Part shown: piece after piece, positions 10,360 through 20,667 of the stretch
How the letters are laid out: the number at the start of each line of letters is the position of its first letter
Numbering within the stretch: the stretch's first letter is position 1
Notes under the pieces: model-generated
What the model was told of the DNA's origin: nothing
Databases searched by the model: none
Seen by the model: the letters and a program-made list of their open reading frames with translations, nothing else
Source: a virus
Lineage: Duplodnaviria; Caudoviricetes
IMG/VR virus record: IMGVR_UViG_3300035661_000004
Strand: one strand, 5' to 3'
Length of the DNA: 64,000 nt
Made by a program: the position numbers and the translations under genes

Positions 10360-11130
10360 TTATTTAGTCAGGTAGGCAATTGCGTTGTCAAGCGACTCTT
10401 GCCTGCCAGTCACGGCTTCATCTTCGATGAAGATTGGGCGCTTAGGGTAGTGCTTCGTCCAGTCACGCTTAAGCAGCTCCTCATACGTCTCGCCCCAGTG
10501 GAAGATCTCTACGTTAACAAGCTGCTCGACCTTGGAGCGAGGTTGACGACCGGGAACCATCAACGAGTCCTGGTCATCAATGATGATGACGACTTTCTGG
10601 TAGAGGGTAGAGAACCGATGACCATCATCCACAGGCGCAAGGACAAACACAAACCTGTCTGTTGTTGCGCCGTCTGCGGAAACACCTTTGGTCTTGATGA
10701 TGTTGCTGACAGTCTCGTAGTCAAGGTTCTCGAGGTCCTGCTGAAACTTCAAGATGCGCCGCTTTATTGGCACGACACCTTCATCCTCCTTGACCACGGG
10801 CGGCACGTAGGAGAGGCACTTAGGCAAGCGCTTGTACTTGTCCTTCAGCACAGCCACAAGCTCCTGCACGGTCCGGAACTTCTTCTCATGCTTCGAGTCA
10901 ACGAAGTAGGTGCTCGTGTCCTCCCAGCCAAACAGCGGCTTGTAGAGCTTGATCACGTCCCTGAGCCCATAGCCCTTGACCACGATGCAAAGCTTCGAGC
11001 GGTTTATAATTCCGGGTTTTGAGCTGGACTTGACTTCGGCCTCGAAGCCCTTTGCCTCGAGCTCCTTAGCGAAGCGAGACAGGGTTGTATGGGCGCTAGG
11101 GCCTGTATCGAGCAGTTCAAGTAGCTTCAT
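10360..11130 (-). CDS. Hypothetical protein with MKLLELLD leader and internal QQ motif (256 aa)
   Basis: ATGA-coupled start at 11130; internal RRILKFQQDLENLDYET. Confidence 0.75.
   Translation of the reverse strand: MKLLELLDTGPSAHTTLSRFAKELEAKGFEAEVKSSSKPGIINRSKLCIVVKGYGLRDVIKLYKPLFGWEDTSTYFVDSKHEKKFRTVQELVAVLKDKYKRLPKCLSYVPPVVKEDEGVVPIKRRILKFQQDLENLDYETVSNIIKTKGVSADGATTDRFVFVLAPVDDGHRFSTLYQKVVIIIDDQDSLMVPGRQPRSKVEQLVNVEIFHWGETYEELLKRDWTKHYPKRPIFIEDEAVTGRQESLDNAIAYLTK
10361..10366 (-). promoter_or_regulatory. Late promoter TAAATA, 6 nt before the gp6 ATG
   Basis: TAAATA-agccct-ATG. Confidence 0.6.
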
Positions 11131-11795
11131 GCTGGCATCGCCCAACGCTTAAGATTTGTTCCTGGCTTCAGCGTGACGCTGTGGATAAAGTTGGTATGCC
11201 CGGCCACTTTCTTGTGCTTGTTGCCTGGATCATCGACATACATGGCAACGCCCATGCTCATATCGTCTGGGAAATGGTAAGCAGTCGTCCAATGGTTGTC
11301 CGACTCTTTTCTTGCGAGCAACAGGATACCGCCCTCAACATCAGTCTCTTGATGCTTAATGACGGTTGGCCCGTAGTTGTGCCGCATCACCCACTTTGAC
11401 GCTTGAAGCTTTGTCTCGTAGTCCTCATCAATGAGGTACTGTTGAAATTCTAGCGCTTCTGACCGGGCGCTCTCTTTAAGCTCTTGTTGCTGCTCCACCC
11501 AGTTAGCCAATGGCTGCATCGTCATAAACTCATTTACGTCATTGCAAAATCCACGGCCGCTAGCCGCATTCGTGTCCCAATAAAACATCGCGACGGTTAT
11601 CTTGTTGTCGATGCATAAGGCCATGTTAGACAGCGGCTGACCTACATCCTTATCGTTGACCTCTTTCCAATAGCCTTGCGTTGGGTCAATCTTGACGATT
11701 CGAATGTCACTCTCAGGCAAGAGCTCGACGAGTTCTTGCTGAGCCTTTAGGATGGCTGACCGATCAGTTTCTTCAAGCAGTGACTGCAGCTTCAT
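11127..11795 (-). CDS. Tandem double QQ-motif protein with MKLQSLLE leader
   Basis: ILKAQQELVELLPESDIRI and ALEFQQYLIDEDYETKL; ATGA overlaps at both ends. Confidence 0.8.
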   Translation of the reverse strand: MKLQSLLEETDRSAILKAQQELVELLPESDIRIVKIDPTQGYWKEVNDKDVGQPLSNMALCIDNKITVAMFYWDTNAASGRGFCNDVNEFMTMQPLANWVEQQQELKESARSEALEFQQYLIDEDYETKLQASKWVMRHNYGPTVIKHQETDVEGGILLLARKESDNHWTTAYHFPDDMSMGVAMYVDDPGNKHKKVAGHTNFIHSVTLKPGTNLKRWAMPA

Positions 11796-12169
11796 CGCGA
11801 ACCCACCTCGATCCTCAAGTCCTTAGTGACATTGAACTCGATGTATTGGATCTTAGCCACGCAGATAAGCCGGTGGTTGTCCATGTCCGAGATGATGTCG
11901 CACTCTTGCAGCCGCACGCGGGGGTCACCGTTGATGACCTTCAGCACGTCCTCCTTCAAGATGTCCGCGGTGACGGTGTCGTTCGGCTCGAAGACCAGTA
12001 ACGGGATGCGCGTGCCGAAGTCAGGCTGCATGATTCGCTCACCCTTGACGGTGAACAACTCGTTGAAGAGGTCCTCTTGGATCAGCTCGACGTTGTAGAG
12101 GGTGAAGCCTTTGCCGACATTCTCGTAGCCTTTGGTGCTGAACCCACGGTAGAACTTGTACTGGCTCAT
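11792..12169 (-). CDS. gp25: Baseplate wedge subunit gp25-like
   Basis: LFTVKGERIMQPDFGTRIPLLVFEP...INGDPRV motif of the GPW/gp25 family. Confidence 0.9.
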   Translation of the reverse strand: MSQYKFYRGFSTKGYENVGKGFTLYNVELIQEDLFNELFTVKGERIMQPDFGTRIPLLVFEPNDTVTADILKEDVLKVINGDPRVRLQECDIISDMDNHRLICVAKIQYIEFNVTKDLRIEVGSR

Positions 12170-12456
12170 AAGTTATGCCCATGTGCGTAGTCAGCAAACT
12201 CTTGGCCGCTGTAAAAATAGACCGAGTGGAAGCTTCGAGTACGGTCATCGATGACGTTTCTAACGATGCATTCTCGCTCGTTGTACTTGAAGGCGTATAG
12301 CAGCATAGGAGCCCGCTCATCCCTGCTCACAGAGAGCTTGAACTTGTTGCCACCTAGGTGCTTGACATCAACCTCCCACCCAAGGTCAATCAGCTCCTGC
12401 TGAAATTTCAGCACGAAGGTACGGCGTTCATCTTCAAAGATGGCTACGAGCTTCAT
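12166..12456 (-). CDS. QQ-motif family protein with MKLVAIFE leader
   Basis: VLKFQQELIDLGWEVDVKH; ATGA overlaps on both sides. Confidence 0.8.
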   Translation of the reverse strand: MKLVAIFEDERRTFVLKFQQELIDLGWEVDVKHLGGNKFKLSVSRDERAPMLLYAFKYNERECIVRNVIDDRTRSFHSVYFYSGQEFADYAHGHNL

Positions 12457-13964
12457 CCAATGTATTTAAAATTGCGAGGCTCGTTCTTAGCAAAGGCTGA
12501 GTCCTCATCACGCACCCATGACTCATGCTCAGGCTTGACCATGCCGCCTGCTTTGCCCTGCTGAGGCATCTCGCCCATGTACGGCACAGAGAGGACTTTA
12601 TGACCGCTGTAAGCGCTGGACGAGCTCGCACCGCCTGTAACCACGATGGTAGAGTTATTGTCGGTGTCCTTGAGGTTCATGCTCGCACCGCTTTGCCAGT
12701 TGACGCTCGGGAACGCCAGGTTGACACTTGGGCCCTGCAAGTTGACGGAACCCGAAGACTTGACGTTGAAGCCCTCGCTGCCGCGCACCGTTAGCAACGT
12801 GCCTTGCTGGCTCACCGACTGGACCTTGCCGGCTGAATCAAGCTCGATGTTGCTCGTACCCGACCCGCCCTTCTCAGGCCAACGATAGATCACGTCGAGC
12901 GGGTTGCTTGTCTGGACAGTCTCAGCTCCGAGAGCGCCCGCTTGAGGGCCGTTGAAGGTCTTTAGCTTGAGGTCACGGCTTGCAGCGATCAACACGTCGG
13001 CGTTTGTAGACTTTAATGTCACATCGCACTTGGCGGTCACGTGAACCGAGCGCTCCTCGCTCTTGATGTGGACGCGCTTGTTCGCGACGATGTTGATGTT
13101 CTCGTCGGAGTACAAGTTGAGGTCATTCTTGGCTCGAATGCTGACCTTCGAGTCGGAGTAGACGTAGATCTTGCCGTTACCTTCGTCGAGCTCGATGTAG
13201 TTCTTACCTTCAGCCGTCGAGATGTAGATCCGCTCATTAGTGTCGTCGAGGATGATTTGAGAGCCGTTAGTGGTTTTCAGCCTGATACGGCAATGCTCAT
13301 CTACGTCCGACATCACGAACATGTGCCGGCCAGGCGAGGTTAGCGAGACGGCCTGTGAGTCAGCTTTAGCTGGCTCGAGAGGCTTAGGCGCATAGCCGTT
13401 GTCCGTAGGCTTGTTGTTGTTCTTGTTAGATGGGTGGCTGACAGATCGCTCATAGCCGCCTCGCGTTTTGAAGTGGGTTGACCCCTTCCACAAGCCTGCC
13501 TTCTGAAGCTTCTCTTGCGCGTGCGGGAAGTCCTTTTGCGGGTAGACACCCGATTCGTCAATCTCAGACGTAACGCCGTCAATGCCTGCAGGCAAGGTCC
13601 GGTTGTGCTCAGGAATGTAGACGCAACCGACCCAAAACCGGTTGTCAGGGTTGCCGTCAATGCAACCGACCAGCACCTGGGCGCTGTTCTTCGGGATCGC
13701 CCAGAAGCCGTAGGCTGAGATGCCTGGTAGGGTCTCCCCCTCTGGCCCCACAGCAAAGTTGGCTGTCACGCCGCCGAACGGCGACACGTATGTAGCCCAA
13801 GGCAAGTCAGCGACATTAAAGCTGTTTGCGTCATAGGCGGGCACGTAAATTTGCAGCCGTCCTTGCTGAGCAGGGTCAGCGTTATTCTTGACAATGCCTA
13901 AGGTCATGCCGTACTGCTTGCCGTAGCCCGGAATGCCTGAGGCGCCGTGGTTGATCTCTTTCAT
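12453..13964 (-). CDS. gp5: Baseplate hub/central spike, gp5/VgrG-like (OB-fold; no lysozyme domain seen)
   Basis: GIVKNNADPAQQGRLQIYVP...LPWA...YGFWAIPKNSAQVLVGCIDGNP OB-fold motif, followed by beta-helix-like repeats. Confidence 0.8.
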   Translation of the reverse strand: MKEINHGASGIPGYGKQYGMTLGIVKNNADPAQQGRLQIYVPAYDANSFNVADLPWATYVSPFGGVTANFAVGPEGETLPGISAYGFWAIPKNSAQVLVGCIDGNPDNRFWVGCVYIPEHNRTLPAGIDGVTSEIDESGVYPQKDFPHAQEKLQKAGLWKGSTHFKTRGGYERSVSHPSNKNNNKPTDNGYAPKPLEPAKADSQAVSLTSPGRHMFVMSDVDEHCRIRLKTTNGSQIILDDTNERIYISTAEGKNYIELDEGNGKIYVYSDSKVSIRAKNDLNLYSDENINIVANKRVHIKSEERSVHVTAKCDVTLKSTNADVLIAASRDLKLKTFNGPQAGALGAETVQTSNPLDVIYRWPEKGGSGTSNIELDSAGKVQSVSQQGTLLTVRGSEGFNVKSSGSVNLQGPSVNLAFPSVNWQSGASMNLKDTDNNSTIVVTGGASSSSAYSGHKVLSVPYMGEMPQQGKAGGMVKPEHESWVRDEDSAFAKNEPRNFKYIG

Positions 13965-15616
13965 TTGTTCTCTGCTTCAGGAACCGCTGCCACCGTCAAA
14001 TGCTGCTTGAACTGTCCGCCTGAGAAGACATTTTCAACCGTGATGACTTTGTAGTAGTTGGTGTAGTAAAATTGGCGCTTGCCACCCGGTGCTCGAGGGT
14101 CCAACATCCAGATGTTAACCTTGACCCACACGTTCTTTCCACCGTACAGGTCGCCGACTACGCTGCCGTCCGGATAGTAAGCCGTACAGTCAAGGAGGTC
14201 AAGGTTACCTCGAATCTCAAACTGCTGTTGGAACGAGATCGAGGTTTGGAAGTCGCCGATGGCGTCGGACGCGAGCCGATAAGACGGCGTGGCGCTATAA
14301 GGCGCATTTGTGTAGCCGATTCGGTCATTAGCCGTGACACGGGGCGGCATCCGTACATCATTCTTTTGAAAGCCAAGAGTCGAGCGTTGGACTTCGACTG
14401 TGGTGCCGTTCTGCGTCGTGTCATCTGTAACGATGCTCTCGCTGTAAACACGAGGCCGATCCTTGGGCATGTTCGCGCTCTGGTTGAACGTGTAGTCAAA
14501 GCCGCTTTCAATCTTGACGGGAGTCCACGCTCCTACATTTTGGAACTTGACCTCGTATGAGGTGATGTCGACATTTTTGCCGGCTTCAGCAAAGTAGTAG
14601 TCAAACACCCACGACTTCTGCATGCCACCCTTGTTGACAGCGATGTGATAGTGGATCAGCACCTGGTCATCCTTGTAAACGACACGAGGCTGAATCAACG
14701 GGATGAAGATGTTCGGATGGCCCTCCTTTTGGAGGCCTGGCTTTGATTCGCCGATCTTCTGCTGTAGCTTGGGAGAGGCTTGCAGGATCTTTTGGATAAA
14801 GGAGCCAATCTGCAGCTGAGGGTTCGAGGTAAACTGGCTCTTCTCACCCGGCGCATTTGAGTTCTTGTTAAGCGTCTCGATCGCACCCTTGATATCCGGG
14901 TCCCATGTGATCTTGTAGACGAGCGGGCGGCCTTGATCCGTGGTGCCTTCGGTCTTATAGATCTGGCCGTAGCCCTCATTGAGCCTCTTCTCGAGATTGC
15001 TCAATGCCTCCTCAACCGTGCCTGCGCTAAAGGAGACAGCGCGCTTCGTGTAAGCGTAGTTCATCGCCGCGCCGGAGAACGGGTCATCTGTCAAGCCTAG
15101 CGTCGCTGCCGTCGTAAAGGTCAGGCCATACTTGCCACCCATCTCTGAGAAGGTAGCCGTTACATTGGGCTGCATGACCATGGGAATCAGCTTAGCCGTG
15201 ATAGTCTCGATCGTGTTGTCAACCTTTCGACCGACAAAGAAGATCTTTAGCACGAACTTCAAGCTGTCAGTGGCAGCGGCTGTTACCTGATAGTTACTGC
15301 GCATTGCGCTCAGCTTCTCGATGAAGGAGAACCCGCCTGGCTCAGTGACTGTCATTGATAGCGCGCCGTAAGGGATCAGCATTTCGGTCTTAGCCGAAGC
15401 CTCAGACTGTGCTACAAAGTGCACGTCGTCAATTGACTGATGAGCGTCCTTTCGCGTGTTAATCAGCAACGTGCCGTTAGGCGTGAAGCTGTCGGTGGAC
15501 TTGTTCTCATCCTTCGTGGTTAGGTCCTGCAGCTTATCCCAGCTGGGATGAGCATGCAGCTCGAAGTGGTAGGTGTACGTGACGTACACATCGAGCGGAT
15601 TAGCCGGCACTGACAT
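13961..15616 (-). CDS. Putative baseplate hub protein (gp27-like position)
   Basis: 551-aa ORF between gp53-like and gp5-like genes; assignment is by synteny. Confidence 0.5.
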   Translation of the reverse strand: MSVPANPLDVYVTYTYHFELHAHPSWDKLQDLTTKDENKSTDSFTPNGTLLINTRKDAHQSIDDVHFVAQSEASAKTEMLIPYGALSMTVTEPGGFSFIEKLSAMRSNYQVTAAATDSLKFVLKIFFVGRKVDNTIETITAKLIPMVMQPNVTATFSEMGGKYGLTFTTAATLGLTDDPFSGAAMNYAYTKRAVSFSAGTVEEALSNLEKRLNEGYGQIYKTEGTTDQGRPLVYKITWDPDIKGAIETLNKNSNAPGEKSQFTSNPQLQIGSFIQKILQASPKLQQKIGESKPGLQKEGHPNIFIPLIQPRVVYKDDQVLIHYHIAVNKGGMQKSWVFDYYFAEAGKNVDITSYEVKFQNVGAWTPVKIESGFDYTFNQSANMPKDRPRVYSESIVTDDTTQNGTTVEVQRSTLGFQKNDVRMPPRVTANDRIGYTNAPYSATPSYRLASDAIGDFQTSISFQQQFEIRGNLDLLDCTAYYPDGSVVGDLYGGKNVWVKVNIWMLDPRAPGGKRQFYYTNYYKVITVENVFSGGQFKQHLTVAAVPEAENK

Positions 15617-15981
15617 TAGATGCTTCCCACCGCTGTTGTAGGCACGCCGCCGACCTTGGTGACGCCGAAGGCTGAAGTAACCTTGTCCTTTGACGGCATG
15701 AGCAACATATAACCCGTCACCAACTCAAGCGGGTCGAGGATATCATTGTACTGCATGATGAGCCAGCTTAAACGTGTATCGCCGTAGAAGGCAAAGGCGA
15801 GCAGGTCAGGCCGCCCGACATACTTCTCTTCGAGCACGTAGATGACGTCCGAGAGGTCATGGGCGTTGTCGACTCTCTCCCACCACTCGACAAAGCGAGC
15901 CGAGACCTCCGTCACGCCGCCGCGGGTATAGCGGCCGTTGCGTTGGTTGTATGTCGAGTCCTTGACGGTATAGTCAGCCAT
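15616..15981 (-). CDS. gp53: Baseplate wedge subunit gp53-like (LysM-like)
   Basis: YVGRPDLLAFAFYGDTRLSWLIMQYNDILDP motif. Confidence 0.8.
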   Translation of the reverse strand: MADYTVKDSTYNQRNGRYTRGGVTEVSARFVEWWERVDNAHDLSDVIYVLEEKYVGRPDLLAFAFYGDTRLSWLIMQYNDILDPLELVTGYMLLMPSKDKVTSAFGVTKVGGVPTTAVGSI

Positions 15982-16944
15982 TTAATCTCCTACGGGGCCG
16001 GGCGGCACCAGGGGCGTGTCACGGCCGAAGGCTGATGTCGAGCTAGGTTGTGTGACGGTTGACACGCTTTTGGTGACGGTCTTGCCTACTTCGCTAACCG
16101 CTACGTTGGCGCCTGACACGAAGATGTTCTTCAGCACCGGAGGCAAGCTGTTTGTAATCGCCCTGACCGCGGGACTATTTAGGGCGGCTGTTCCCAGCGT
16201 CCGAGCGATCGTGCCGGCGATCACGCCTGGCACTGTGACCTTGCCACCCCCTAAAGCCGACATCACGGAGGTAATGTTGCTCGCGCTAGGAAGAGAGGTC
16301 CGCAGCGGATCAGTTCGACCGTAGCCGTTGCCCGTAAGCTCGAACGAGCTTGAGCTCTCATTCTGGCTCTTGGAGAACTCGCCTTCGCCGCCCAAGCTAA
16401 GGCGCCAGGCCCCAGCTGTCACCTCTGCTGCCGAGTACACCTCCTCAACGGTTACGTCAAGCTGGCCGATGATTGGCATCGGCTGCTCTCCAGTGAAGAT
16501 GTAGTCAACCTCCTCAGGGAAGTTCCAGCCGTACTGACGGAGGACGACGCGCCGCCCGTCAATGTTGTCATTGCGGTAGCCATAGATTGTCAGGATCGGC
16601 GGCGTGGCGCCCGTGCCCCCAAAGTCAGGCAGGATCCAACGGCGGATCAGGTCAAGGTTACGCGCATTCTGTGTCGCCTCATCCGTGGTTCGCGAGATGA
16701 GCTTGCCTGTGATGGCAAAGGTCCGGCTCGAGGTCTGCTTGTAGCTAACCAAGGCCGTGGGCAGGTGGATGATGCCGTAGCCTTCATAGCCAGCTTGCCG
16801 TGACTCAGACAGCGGCGCGCTAGCTTCAAACACCACGTCGCCGCCGGGGCCGGACAAGCGGATCTTGTAGTCAGGCAGGTTGGAGCGCTTGCCGGTAATA
16901 ACTACCGGCTCTTCATTTTCGGTGATGATGTCGTCGTCCATCAA
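15982..16944 (-). CDS. Putative baseplate tail-tube initiator (gp48/gp54-like)
   Basis: Tube-like N-terminal half (FEASAPLSESRQAGYE...YKQTSSRTFAITGKL); position upstream of gp53. Confidence 0.45.
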   Translation of the reverse strand: MMDDDIITENEEPVVITGKRSNLPDYKIRLSGPGGDVVFEASAPLSESRQAGYEGYGIIHLPTALVSYKQTSSRTFAITGKLISRTTDEATQNARNLDLIRRWILPDFGGTGATPPILTIYGYRNDNIDGRRVVLRQYGWNFPEEVDYIFTGEQPMPIIGQLDVTVEEVYSAAEVTAGAWRLSLGGEGEFSKSQNESSSSFELTGNGYGRTDPLRTSLPSASNITSVMSALGGGKVTVPGVIAGTIARTLGTAALNSPAVRAITNSLPPVLKNIFVSGANVAVSEVGKTVTKSVSTVTQPSSTSAFGRDTPLVPPGPVGD

Positions 16945-17771
16945 CCTCTCCTGCTAGGCCGCTTCAGCGGCGTGTTGTGGTGATCAACTTCAAGCGGCTG
17001 GACCGGCTTACGAGTGATCAGCGTGTTGTTTGCTCGCGCGCCGACTACGAAGTCGCCGAACACGTCATGCTCGAACTGACCGTCATAGTCATCGCCGTAG
17101 CCTAAGCCGTCAACGCTGTCGGGATCATAGAACACATCAGTTGGAGCGAGCAGACGGCTATAGTAGTCATAGACCGGCAGGGTCGCGTTGCTCGCATGTG
17201 GGACATGCTGATCTACCAACGGTGGGGCGAGGTACAGCGATGCGTTTTCATGCTTTGAGAAGCGCAGCTTTGGCAGAATGACGTTTCCACGGGCGTCATA
17301 CTCTTGCCGTAGCGGCTTGCGAAGCTCGTCAAACTGCTGGCGATGCTGTCTGTGATCAACGCCGGCGCCGTGCTGGCGGAGGTCAATCTCAGAGACGAGC
17401 TTAACCGAACCCGAGGCGATGTCAGTCAACGCTACGGTGTGCCTATTAAGGTCAGGGTTGGAGCTTTCGAGAATGTCAAGGATGACAGAGACAGGCACGA
17501 CGCGGAAGCTAGGTAGCAGCCTGAAGACTACGTTCGTTTCAGACAGGCCATAACGGCCTTCGTCACGGTAGACGCCGATCAAGATTCGCTGGCCGAAGAG
17601 AGTCCACTGTCTCGCTCCAAGCTCCGGTGCAGGCTGCCAAAGCACCAAGCACTGGTAGTCGTCATGGTTGTCAGGCTCGTAGATCCAGCAACCTTTAGGT
17701 TGAGGCAGCTCCTCGCGAGGAGCGGACAGGTTGTCAAACTCCCCGCCTCCTCCTTCAGGGTCATAACTCAT
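16941..17771 (-). CDS. Hypothetical protein
   Basis: 276-aa ORF with ATGA overlaps at both ends; no recognised motif. Confidence 0.65.
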   Translation of the reverse strand: MSYDPEGGGGEFDNLSAPREELPQPKGCWIYEPDNHDDYQCLVLWQPAPELGARQWTLFGQRILIGVYRDEGRYGLSETNVVFRLLPSFRVVPVSVILDILESSNPDLNRHTVALTDIASGSVKLVSEIDLRQHGAGVDHRQHRQQFDELRKPLRQEYDARGNVILPKLRFSKHENASLYLAPPLVDQHVPHASNATLPVYDYYSRLLAPTDVFYDPDSVDGLGYGDDYDGQFEHDVFGDFVVGARANNTLITRKPVQPLEVDHHNTPLKRPSRRG

Positions 17772-18460
17772 GCCGCGTCCTTCTCAACCTTCTGCTTCGC
17801 CGACTCTTCAGGCGGCGGCTTGATCATCTTGATCTTGCTAACCAGCAGGTCGAGGATGTCATCATTGACCTTAGGTCCGTAGAACTTCTTAAAGGCTGCA
17901 ACCTGCTTGGCTTCGTCCTCGCCGGCGCGCTGGAAAGCTTCACGGATAGTCGTGCCGGACTGGTTACCGTCTCGAGCATTGCTGATCACATAGTAGGCGC
18001 CTGGAGGATCGGACTCGCCGGTCTTCAAGCCGGCGGCTGCATGCGCAAAGGGCACCGGCTTGCCTGACTTGGTCGGGTACTGCTCGAAGAACTTTGACGA
18101 CTCATAGCGCTCTACGTCCTTATCGCCGGCTACCATGACCATCACAGTAGGAGCCTTGTAGAGCTCAAGCACCTCCTTCGGAGCGAAAGCAGGGTTCTTG
18201 CACTCGATGATCTTCTCAGGCGAGATGCCGAACAGCTGAACCATGATCTCGACCCGCTCCTCAAAGGTGAACGGCGAGATGTCACCGTTGCCTGGGTCAA
18301 AGTTGGTCTTGTTGGAGGTCGCGATCCACACGGCACCTTCGCCGAACTGCTTGCACAGCTCACGGTAGACCGAGTAGTGACCCTTGTGGAAAGGCTGGAA
18401 CCGGCCGCCGTAGATGACGGCTAAGAGCTTGCGCTCTTCGAGGAGGACTGAGAGCTTCAT
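17768..18460 (-). CDS. HIGH-class nucleotidyl/cytidylyltransferase-like protein with MKLSVLLE leader
   Basis: YGGRFQPFHKGH (HxGH) motif and C-terminal SGTTIRE. Confidence 0.8.
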   Translation of the reverse strand: MKLSVLLEERKLLAVIYGGRFQPFHKGHYSVYRELCKQFGEGAVWIATSNKTNFDPGNGDISPFTFEERVEIMVQLFGISPEKIIECKNPAFAPKEVLELYKAPTVMVMVAGDKDVERYESSKFFEQYPTKSGKPVPFAHAAAGLKTGESDPPGAYYVISNARDGNQSGTTIREAFQRAGEDEAKQVAAFKKFYGPKVNDDILDLLVSKIKMIKPPPEESAKQKVEKDAA

Positions 18461-18807
18461 TGCTTGTTAAACCGATCTATTACTTCGCCCATCGTTTTTG
18501 TAAAAGCATCATCTAAGATAGTATCGTCGGGGGCTTGCAAAAACTGCTTGAACGGTGACATGATGTACACCGAATCTGCTCTAATTGCATATGTGACACT
18601 ATTGTACAAAGCGGTGCTCATGACAGCGTCAACGGTAGCTTTGTCAATCAGCGTTAGCTGCTTAACAAAGGCTGGATTACGCCCCGCGGTCACAGGTGAG
18701 ATGCGGGTTGCAATGTCACCGTGTTCAATTAATGCTTGCTGGCAGCGTAGCACCCACCGCCTCAGCATTAAGTCGAGTGATGATTCAAAGAGAGCCGTCA
18801 ACTTCAT
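18457..18807 (-). CDS. QQ-motif family protein with MKLTALFE leader
   Basis: RRWVLRCQQALIEHG; ATGA-coupled. Confidence 0.75.
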   Translation of the reverse strand: MKLTALFESSLDLMLRRWVLRCQQALIEHGDIATRISPVTAGRNPAFVKQLTLIDKATVDAVMSTALYNSVTYAIRADSVYIMSPFKQFLQAPDDTILDDAFTKTMGEVIDRFNKQ

Positions 18808-19169
18808 TTTCCGTCTCGCTTTACAGGGCGCGCCAGCTCACAGTCCTTGATCACGTAGTCGATGAACTTAGCTTCGTTGTCGAATTGTCTGCAAGCTAGC
18901 ATGCAATGTCCATCCTTGACATCGATTTCACCTGACGTGTATTCAGCGACGTAGATTCCTGGGACATAGCCTTCGTCAACGTGCGGTGCTTGAGACTCAA
19001 CCCAAATCATGTATGCCTTGATGATCGACCCGCCTGGGACAGGCAGGTACCGCGCCCTCGGCCTTAGCTTCAAGTCGCGGTGCGGCAACGCTTCAACGAG
19101 CAGCTGTTGAAAGCGAAGCGCTGTCTGCCTGAGCGCGAGAGGCTGTTCCAAGAGGGCATAAATACGCAT
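18804..19169 (-). CDS. QQ-motif family protein with MRIYALLE leader
   Basis: ALRFQQLLVEALPHRDLKL; TAAATA 4 nt upstream of the ATG. Confidence 0.75.
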   Translation of the reverse strand: MRIYALLEQPLALRQTALRFQQLLVEALPHRDLKLRPRARYLPVPGGSIIKAYMIWVESQAPHVDEGYVPGIYVAEYTSGEIDVKDGHCMLACRQFDNEAKFIDYVIKDCELARPVKRDGK

Positions 19170-19179
19170 GGACTATTTA
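19159..19179. promoter_or_regulatory. Inverted pair of TAAATA boxes
   Basis: TAAATA-9 nt-TATTTA; the minus-strand box is 4 nt before ATG 19169. Confidence 0.6.
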
Positions 19180-19292
19180 CCAACTCAGCTAGCATGGCAA
19201 AATGCCTCTAAACGGCAAGAGGTGGTAAGATCAACTTGTCTTAACACGGCCTGAGGGATAAGGCTGGTTACTTGCAATAGGAAACAGATTAC

Positions 19293-19874
19293 ATGGCAAC
19301 ACAGCCCACCGAAGGTAAAGTCTTTTACCTTAAGAATGCCGACCTTCTCGTTGAGGTCATTAAGTGCAAGGAGGTGGGCAAGATGAGCAATAAGCTCGCT
19401 TCGATGCTCCACATGCTAACCACACGTTACGCATCGAAGCCGAACTTCTCAGGCTACACGTACATCGATGACATGATCGCTGAGGCGCTCGCCGACCTCT
19501 GCAAGAATGCGCTGAAGTTTAAGCCTGAACGCTCATCCAACCCGTTTGCGTTCTACACCCAATGCATCCACAACTCGTTCCTCGGCTACCTCAACAATGA
19601 GAAGAAGCACCGTCGCATCCGTGACGCCATGCTGGTAGAGATCGGTGAGAACCCGTCCTTCAACTTCCAAGAGGAGTACCGTCAGAACTCAGGCGAAGGC
19701 TCTGAGGTCAGGAACGAGCTGCAAGAGCTGAGCGCTGAGATCGCCGAGGCTAAGATCCGCCGCGCTGCCGACGAGCAGAAGATTGCGGACGAGAAGGCCC
19801 TCGAAGCCATGGCGGCTGAATCACCTGCAGTTAGCCTGCTAACATTTGATGATGATGAACCTAAAGCAGCCTAA
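19293..19874 (+). CDS. gp55: Late-transcription sigma factor, T4 gp55-like
   Basis: YLKNADLL...NFSGYTYIDDMIAEA...FKPERSSNPFAFYTQCIHNSF...EKK motifs. Confidence 0.9.
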   Translation: MATQPTEGKVFYLKNADLLVEVIKCKEVGKMSNKLASMLHMLTTRYASKPNFSGYTYIDDMIAEALADLCKNALKFKPERSSNPFAFYTQCIHNSFLGYLNNEKKHRRIRDAMLVEIGENPSFNFQEEYRQNSGEGSEVRNELQELSAEIAEAKIRRAADEQKIADEKALEAMAAESPAVSLLTFDDDEPKAA

Positions 19875-20652
19875 CACGCCAACCTAAAGCAGGTCCGCTG
19901 GCTACAGGTTCTCCGCGGTTTTTCGCAGACATCAAGGTTTTAACAGGCAGACCTTGTTCTTCGCAGAAACGTCTTAGCGAACGCACGATGGTAACCTCTC
20001 CATTAGGCGAGGTTACTTCCCAAAGCTTTGAGCGGGCGAGTCGTTTTGCTTCAACGGATGGATGTAATGGATCATCTAGATTCCGGCGAACAAGCGTTGC
20101 ACGCAATGCTTCTTTCATGTGATGAGGCTTCGGTTTACCTTTTACAGCTAAGCTAATTGCGTCGCGTTGAGCTTGAGAAATGACTTTGCCTTTATGCAAC
20201 TTTGACATTTTTACTCTGAACTCGTCCGAGTGAGTTTTCCCATAGAACGAGTTGAACGGACCAGCTGAAAGCACATCTCGTCGGCCAGCGCCACCTGGTG
20301 TTAGGTTTGATAAAATGCCACCATCAATAGAACGACGGTAAAATGCTATCAGTTCTACCTCTTTCTCCTCTGCGGCTAAACTTGCAAGCTTGGTATGTAG
20401 TTGCACTATGATAGGCCTAAGACCTAACACATGAAGCTTTCGTAGCTTGTTTAGCTTGATAAGATTTGAGCGTCTTGCCTTGCATTCAGCCATTGAAGGT
20501 TCAGTCAAATACCATTCTAACTCTGTCATGTGATCATACATTCGTCGCCGTACACCTTTACCTACGTAAAACGGCTCATGTGTTAAGCCGTTAGGATCAT
20601 CGCTGATAGGCTTGCGCGGGTCAAGATAGACGTAGACATAGTAGTTATCCAT
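19861..20652 (-). mobile_element. Free-standing GIY-YIG homing endonuclease with NUMOD3-type C-terminus
   Basis: YYVYVYLDPRK...PFYVGKG...NLTPGG; NSFYGKTHSDEFRVKMS repeat. Likely start MDNYY at 20652. Confidence 0.85.
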
Positions 20653-20667
20653 AAGCAATATATTCTC

